From: an uncultured archaeon
GTDB lineage: Archaea; Asgardarchaeota; Thorarchaeia; Thorarchaeales; Thorarchaeaceae
Assembly (NCBI GenBank): GCA_964590575.1
Contig: CAZPWM010000025.1
Coordinates: forward strand, 7,670 to 37,675
Reading direction: 5' to 3'
DNA length: 30,006 bases
Shown piece by piece: positions 26,038-30,006 of this stretch. Each line of letters begins with the position of its first letter. Position 1 is the stretch's first letter. Both the position numbers and the translations under genes were made by a program. The notes beneath the pieces are model-generated. The model made no database searches. It saw only the letters and a program-made list of their open reading frames with translations, and had not been told where the DNA came from.

Positions 26038-26487
26038 CTAATCCGACTTAACCTTTCTTCGAGCTACGATGGACATTATCACACCAATCCAAGCGATGGA
26101 CTGGGAAACATAGGTAAGAATCTGGGTGAATCCTAACACGCCACCTATCATGTATGCTTCCACAAGCATGATGATTAGCCCGAAGAAACCGACACCAGCA
26201 CCCAACCCGATGACAAACTTACCTATGCGAATTTTGCTCAATCCAATGAGCACTCCCCCAATGATAACTGCGACACCTCCTAGTGATGCAATGTAGAACA
26301 AGATAGTCAACACTAATTCTACAGTTTCAGACATTAGTGGAGAGAAGTAATTTTGTGCAAAATATACGATATCCGCAATGAAGCCAACATTTCCAACCCA
26401 GCTAGCTTGTACAAGTAAGAACCCTCCAATGAGGGCTAGAGCAATAGAAAGACCATTTTTCAAAAGATCACCGGAAAAATTGAGCAC
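26038..26487 (-). CDS. Small Gly-rich integral membrane protein (~4 TM)
   Basis: Four hydrophobic segments and a basic C-terminus. Confidence 0.7.
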   Translation of the reverse strand: MLNFSGDLLKNGLSIALALIGGFLLVQASWVGNVGFIADIVYFAQNYFSPLMSETVELVLTILFYIASLGGVAVIIGGVLIGLSKIRIGKFVIGLGAGVGFFGLIIMLVEAYMIGGVLGFTQILTYVSQSIAWIGVIMSIVARRKVKSD

Positions 26488-26495
26488 AAACCAGT

Positions 26496-27359
26496 TTAAT
26501 TCTGTTTCTCATAGTCTGACCATGATACGACGGTTGATTTTCTCTTCCGATATGTGGAGGGTCCATCAAAACCCGCTTCTTTAATCAAATCTAGTGCGAT
26601 ATTGATACCCTTCCCAATATCAATCGGTGTGTGGGCATCAGAACCAACCGTGACTGTTGTAACTCCTTCTTTACTCAGGGCTCGAATGATTTGTTCTTCT
26701 GGCATAGGTTGTGGCATTCCCCTCCGCAAAGAGGATGTGTTTATTTCAAAACCAACATTCTTGGAAATCATCCTCCTAGATAGTTCCTTCAAATGAGGTT
26801 TCCAGATATCATGGATGGGTTTACCATAGAATACCTCGCCATATCGTCGATACAGATCAATGTGTGCTAGCACATCAAAAATCTCTAAATCAATTGAGTC
26901 GAGTAAAATCGAGTAATATCTCTCTCCCAGTTCCTGCATCGAATATTTTCTGAATACTTCTTCTGCTCTCCCATTTGCTGAGATTGCTATATGGTCAATC
27001 AGATGGACTGAACCTATTACGATGTCAAAATCAGTTGAGAAGAACCTCTCTGGAAGTGCTTCCTGGACTCCTGGGAAACAGTCCACTTCCACACCAAGCA
27101 GTACCCTAAGACCCATGTCTTGGTAGTGGTCTCCTGCAGTTTTGATTGTTGATTCATAATCTTCAAACCAGACACTCGACTCGATGTCTATCTTCTTCCC
27201 CTTGACATTCACATAACAATCCTCAGCTACTCTGTCAGAATCCAAGTGGGTTGTGAATGCAATTTCCCTGAGGCCAACCTCAAGTGCAGCTTTGCAGAAC
27301 TCCTCTATTTCTCCCTCTGCATCAATCGAATAGTTGGGATGGATATGATAGTCAAACAT
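26496..27359 (-). CDS. PHP-domain histidinol-phosphatase (HisJ/HisK family)
   Basis: DYHIH, FTTH, GVEVD, IGSVH, LAHID, FEINTS, VGSDAH metal-binding motifs. Confidence 0.88.
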   Translation of the reverse strand: MFDYHIHPNYSIDAEGEIEEFCKAALEVGLREIAFTTHLDSDRVAEDCYVNVKGKKIDIESSVWFEDYESTIKTAGDHYQDMGLRVLLGVEVDCFPGVQEALPERFFSTDFDIVIGSVHLIDHIAISANGRAEEVFRKYSMQELGERYYSILLDSIDLEIFDVLAHIDLYRRYGEVFYGKPIHDIWKPHLKELSRRMISKNVGFEINTSSLRRGMPQPMPEEQIIRALSKEGVTTVTVGSDAHTPIDIGKGINIALDLIKEAGFDGPSTYRKRKSTVVSWSDYEKQN

Positions 27360-27414
27360 CAGATTTTCTCACGGCTCTCTACTATATCAGACTGTCTGAA
27401 GGTGAATAACTGTC

Positions 27415-28653
27415 CTACTCAATTGAAGGTTGAGAATCTACATTCAGTTCGGATTCGTCGATACTTGTGAGCTTGACATCTTTCATTAGCAGAGCTACGA
27501 TTGTTGCAAGTATCGTTGTTATTACGAGGAACAGTACTGATGCCCTTAGACCGTATAGGTCGCCTATCCATCCGAAAATAATGGGTGAGATAGCTCCTGG
27601 GAGTGCTCCTACTGAGAACAACAGACCAAAGGCGAGACCCCTGTTCTCTCGAGGACTGATTTCTGTCAGGTATGCAGTGTTGGGAGGAACTCCTAGATAG
27701 AAGAAGAACCCGACTACAATTAGCATTGCGATTAATACTCCAATACTCAAAGAGTAGTTCAAAAGAAGTAATGCTGGAGTCGCCACACCTGTTGAAAGCA
27801 CTAGGAAGATCACGCGCTTTTTGTACTTGTCTGAGAGCCAACCTGCTAGAATCTCCCCAAAAAGACCCGCGGTGAGCATAATGGTTGTGAGGTATCCTGC
27901 CCCAAAGAGATCAACTGGATATGTATCCACGAGGTACAGCGGCATGAGCAACGATGTGCATCTGAAGGACATACCTCTCAATCCCATAGAAAGTAACCCA
28001 AGCCAATACGCCCCAGTCCATCCATCCGCACCTTCACACTCATCATCCTGGTCAATAAATCCTTCAACGTATCCAGAGTTGGAGTATCTCATCAGAATGA
28101 TGAAAGGGATGAACACCATGAGTCCCATGACCCCTAGAGCAATTAATGACAGTCGCCAACCTCCAAGCCAAGTAAGAAGTGTAACTCCAAGGAATGGGAT
28201 CATAGCCATCCCAATCAGACCTCCCATGGCTTGGATTCCAGTTGCCTTTGCAAGGTCCCTCTGAGGAAATTTCTCAGCTAGTGCTGGAAACACACTTGGG
28301 TGATATCCCGAAGCACCAACACCCAAGAAGAACTGGAATATTGCGAGTATCAGAAAACTGCTGGAATAACTGACAAGGATTATTGCGAATGCACTCATCA
28401 GTATACTAGCTGAGATAAACATGTCTCGCCATCGAGATCCCCGGTCACCCAGATACCCTACCACAAAATGTGAGATGGTCATCGCAATTACTACTGCGCT
28501 CGTGATTACACCTATCTCAGTGTAGTTCAGACTCAAGTCGATCTGTATCAATGGGAGAAATGGGGACAAAGCTCCGGTATATACATGGTTTAGAAAATGC
28601 GCCATTGTTACTGCAGCAAGGACTGCATACGATGCTTTCGTGGATCTCGTCAA
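27415..28653 (-). CDS. Major facilitator superfamily transporter (Fsr-like)
   Basis: ~12 TM; AHFLNH, GYLGDR and GWLSDKYKKR loop motifs, GASGYHP; TTG start. Confidence 0.88.
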   Translation of the reverse strand: MTRSTKASYAVLAAVTMAHFLNHVYTGALSPFLPLIQIDLSLNYTEIGVITSAVVIAMTISHFVVGYLGDRGSRWRDMFISASILMSAFAIILVSYSSSFLILAIFQFFLGVGASGYHPSVFPALAEKFPQRDLAKATGIQAMGGLIGMAMIPFLGVTLLTWLGGWRLSLIALGVMGLMVFIPFIILMRYSNSGYVEGFIDQDDECEGADGWTGAYWLGLLSMGLRGMSFRCTSLLMPLYLVDTYPVDLFGAGYLTTIMLTAGLFGEILAGWLSDKYKKRVIFLVLSTGVATPALLLLNYSLSIGVLIAMLIVVGFFFYLGVPPNTAYLTEISPRENRGLAFGLLFSVGALPGAISPIIFGWIGDLYGLRASVLFLVITTILATIVALLMKDVKLTSIDESELNVDSQPSIE

Positions 28654-28832
28654 TTCTTTGATTCACGCCCAGATAACGAGGTCCTGTGCATCTATAAGTT
28701 AAGCATGACGGTACAGACAATATCAAAAGAAAAAACATCGGTGAGCTGGCGACCTGAGGGTATCTCATGTCACCAGCATGTTCCGACTTCGACTCGGAAA
28801 GGTTGTTTGTGCATCAATAGAACTCCCTTTTA

Positions 28833-28840
28833 TATTTAAA
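28833..28840 (-). promoter_or_regulatory. Archaeal TATA box TTTAAATA
   Basis: Consensus match on the minus strand, upstream of two hairpins and the MFS gene. Confidence 0.45.
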
Positions 28841-28885
28841 GCAGGGAATCCACGCAATCATGGTGTTTCTAGATACACCTTGGTA

Positions 28886-30006
28886 TCACAACTGTCTAGT
28901 TATCCACAAGACTATCCTTAATGCGATGAGTGCATCGTCGCCAGAACCATATTCTCCTAGTAATGCATAATTGTCAATGAAGAAGTTTGTTCCAGTCACA
29001 ACGATTCTTCCCCCACCTGGACCTTCCATATATCCGATGACCGGCTCTGCGGGTTGATAGTTTGCCAGGCGATTTGCATGTGGAACATTCAAGATGGCTC
29101 CATCATAATGAAACCCGCTGATGCCATCTGTGATTATGTGACTTTCAAGATCAACAATGAGTGCTGGATTAGAGCCAGAAGGCACCTCCACATCTGTCAG
29201 TTCGAAACCGGTGAAGCTGAGGAAATCATTCACCTGTGTGATATTTGCATAACTAGATCCTAGAGTTGCCAGAAATATCCCTCCTCCTGCATTATAATAG
29301 TCCCCATAGGCTTGTTTCTCAGCTTCTGAGAACGGTAGTGAGTATATAGTGGATTCAGAAGGGATGGTTTCGTTGTAGTCATAGACACATGGGTCCAGAA
29401 TGACGATTGAATCGAATTGCTGCAAGACCTCAAGTGTTGTTGCAGTACTGTTCCGGATCTCTGTGACTGAAATGTCGTTTGCAGTCAATTCCTTGTAAAA
29501 CTCTCTAAACTGCCCATAGTATGAGTCTATTGACCAAGAACTATGACTGATGTCAAATGCAACTCTAGCAATTGCAGACGTCAACTCGAATGAAACATCC
29601 AAGCTGGTTTCTCCAAACTCGCCAGACGTGAACAGAATTGTATTGTTAAGTATCTCGGGTCCTGATGAAGGCATATCAACTCTCAGAGGAATGAGACGGC
29701 TTTGATTCACTTCTAGAGTGGAAGGAATGCTGAAAATTTCCGGGGAATCTCCATTGATTGTAACTGAGAATGTAGTACTCCCTGAAGTGAGAAGTCTAAT
29801 GTTAAACTCGTAAGTATCGTTATAGAAAAGTTTCTCATAGTTGATTGGTAGTGTGGCCGGAAAGGCTAGACTCAGAGCAGGTAGTTCACCTTCAACCGAT
29901 GCAGCATTAAGAAGTGCTAGGGAGTTTTGTAAACTCAACTTTCCTGTACCGACCACATAACTCGGGTACTCGGTCATTGGCTCTGCACCTTTCATCAGCG
30001 CAGTCA
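28886..30006 (-). CDS. 3' part of an S8 subtilase with site-1-protease-like C-terminal domains; partial at window edge
   Basis: Frame open to the edge: TALMKGA...VGTGKLSL (end of S8 domain), an Ig-like segment, then VAFDISH...FREFYKEL...GGRIVVTG (DUF4350/GATase-like domain). Confidence 0.65.
   Translation of the reverse strand, partial: TALMKGAEPMTEYPSYVVGTGKLSLQNSLALLNAASVEGELPALSLAFPATLPINYEKLFYNDTYEFNIRLLTSGSTTFSVTINGDSPEIFSIPSTLEVNQSRLIPLRVDMPSSGPEILNNTILFTSGEFGETSLDVSFELTSAIARVAFDISHSSWSIDSYYGQFREFYKELTANDISVTEIRNSTATTLEVLQQFDSIVILDPCVYDYNETIPSESTIYSLPFSEAEKQAYGDYYNAGGGIFLATLGSSYANITQVNDFLSFTGFELTDVEVPSGSNPALIVDLESHIITDGISGFHYDGAILNVPHANRLANYQPAEPVIGYMEGPGGGRIVVTGTNFFIDNYALLGEYGSGDDALIALRIVLWITRQL

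Noticed and set aside
28745-28770. TGAGATACCC resembling the TPP riboswitch core
   Set aside because: The ACCTGAT/pyrophosphate-sensing helix and P1 are missing; kept only as an unassigned structured element
28770-28813. Selenocysteine read-through of the TGA in the short uORF
   Set aside because: No SECIS-like AUGA/AA/GA geometry, and the read-through peptide resembles no selenoprotein

Overview
Archaeal DNA, most likely an Asgard archaeon (Thorarchaeota-like). This is inferred from the longin-domain proteins, a longin-fused Arf-like small GTPase, an archaeal SCP2-type thiolase with a DUF35 partner, AGGTGA ribosome-binding sites and TATA-like boxes. Left end: acyl-CoA/biotin metabolism (3' end of a carboxyltransferase, BCCP, thiolase-like gene), which resumes at 14.5-16.1 kb (DUF35 OB-fold, acyl-CoA dehydrogenase). 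Between these lies the most interesting element, a tightly packed 8-gene, ~12 kb + strand operon (2377-14463). It encodes a longin/uDENN-like + winged-helix protein, a ~2350 aa single-pass surface protein with an acidic cytoplasmic tail, a longin-Arf-like GTPase, three coiled-coil proteins, a winged-helix-like protein, and a 79 aa soluble copy of the surface protein's C-terminal module. It looks like an uncharacterised transmembrane adhesion/signalling or membrane-remodelling system. Right half: a membrane protein, leuB/leuC/leuD-type genes, a TnpB (IS200/IS605) nuclease with a recognisable right end joined back-to-back with a truncated gene, an FAH-family hydrolase, two TPR proteins, a PHP phosphatase, an MFS transporter with a structured upstream region, and the 3' part of a site-1-protease-like subtilase. 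All domain calls are from motif recognition by eye; no searches were run.
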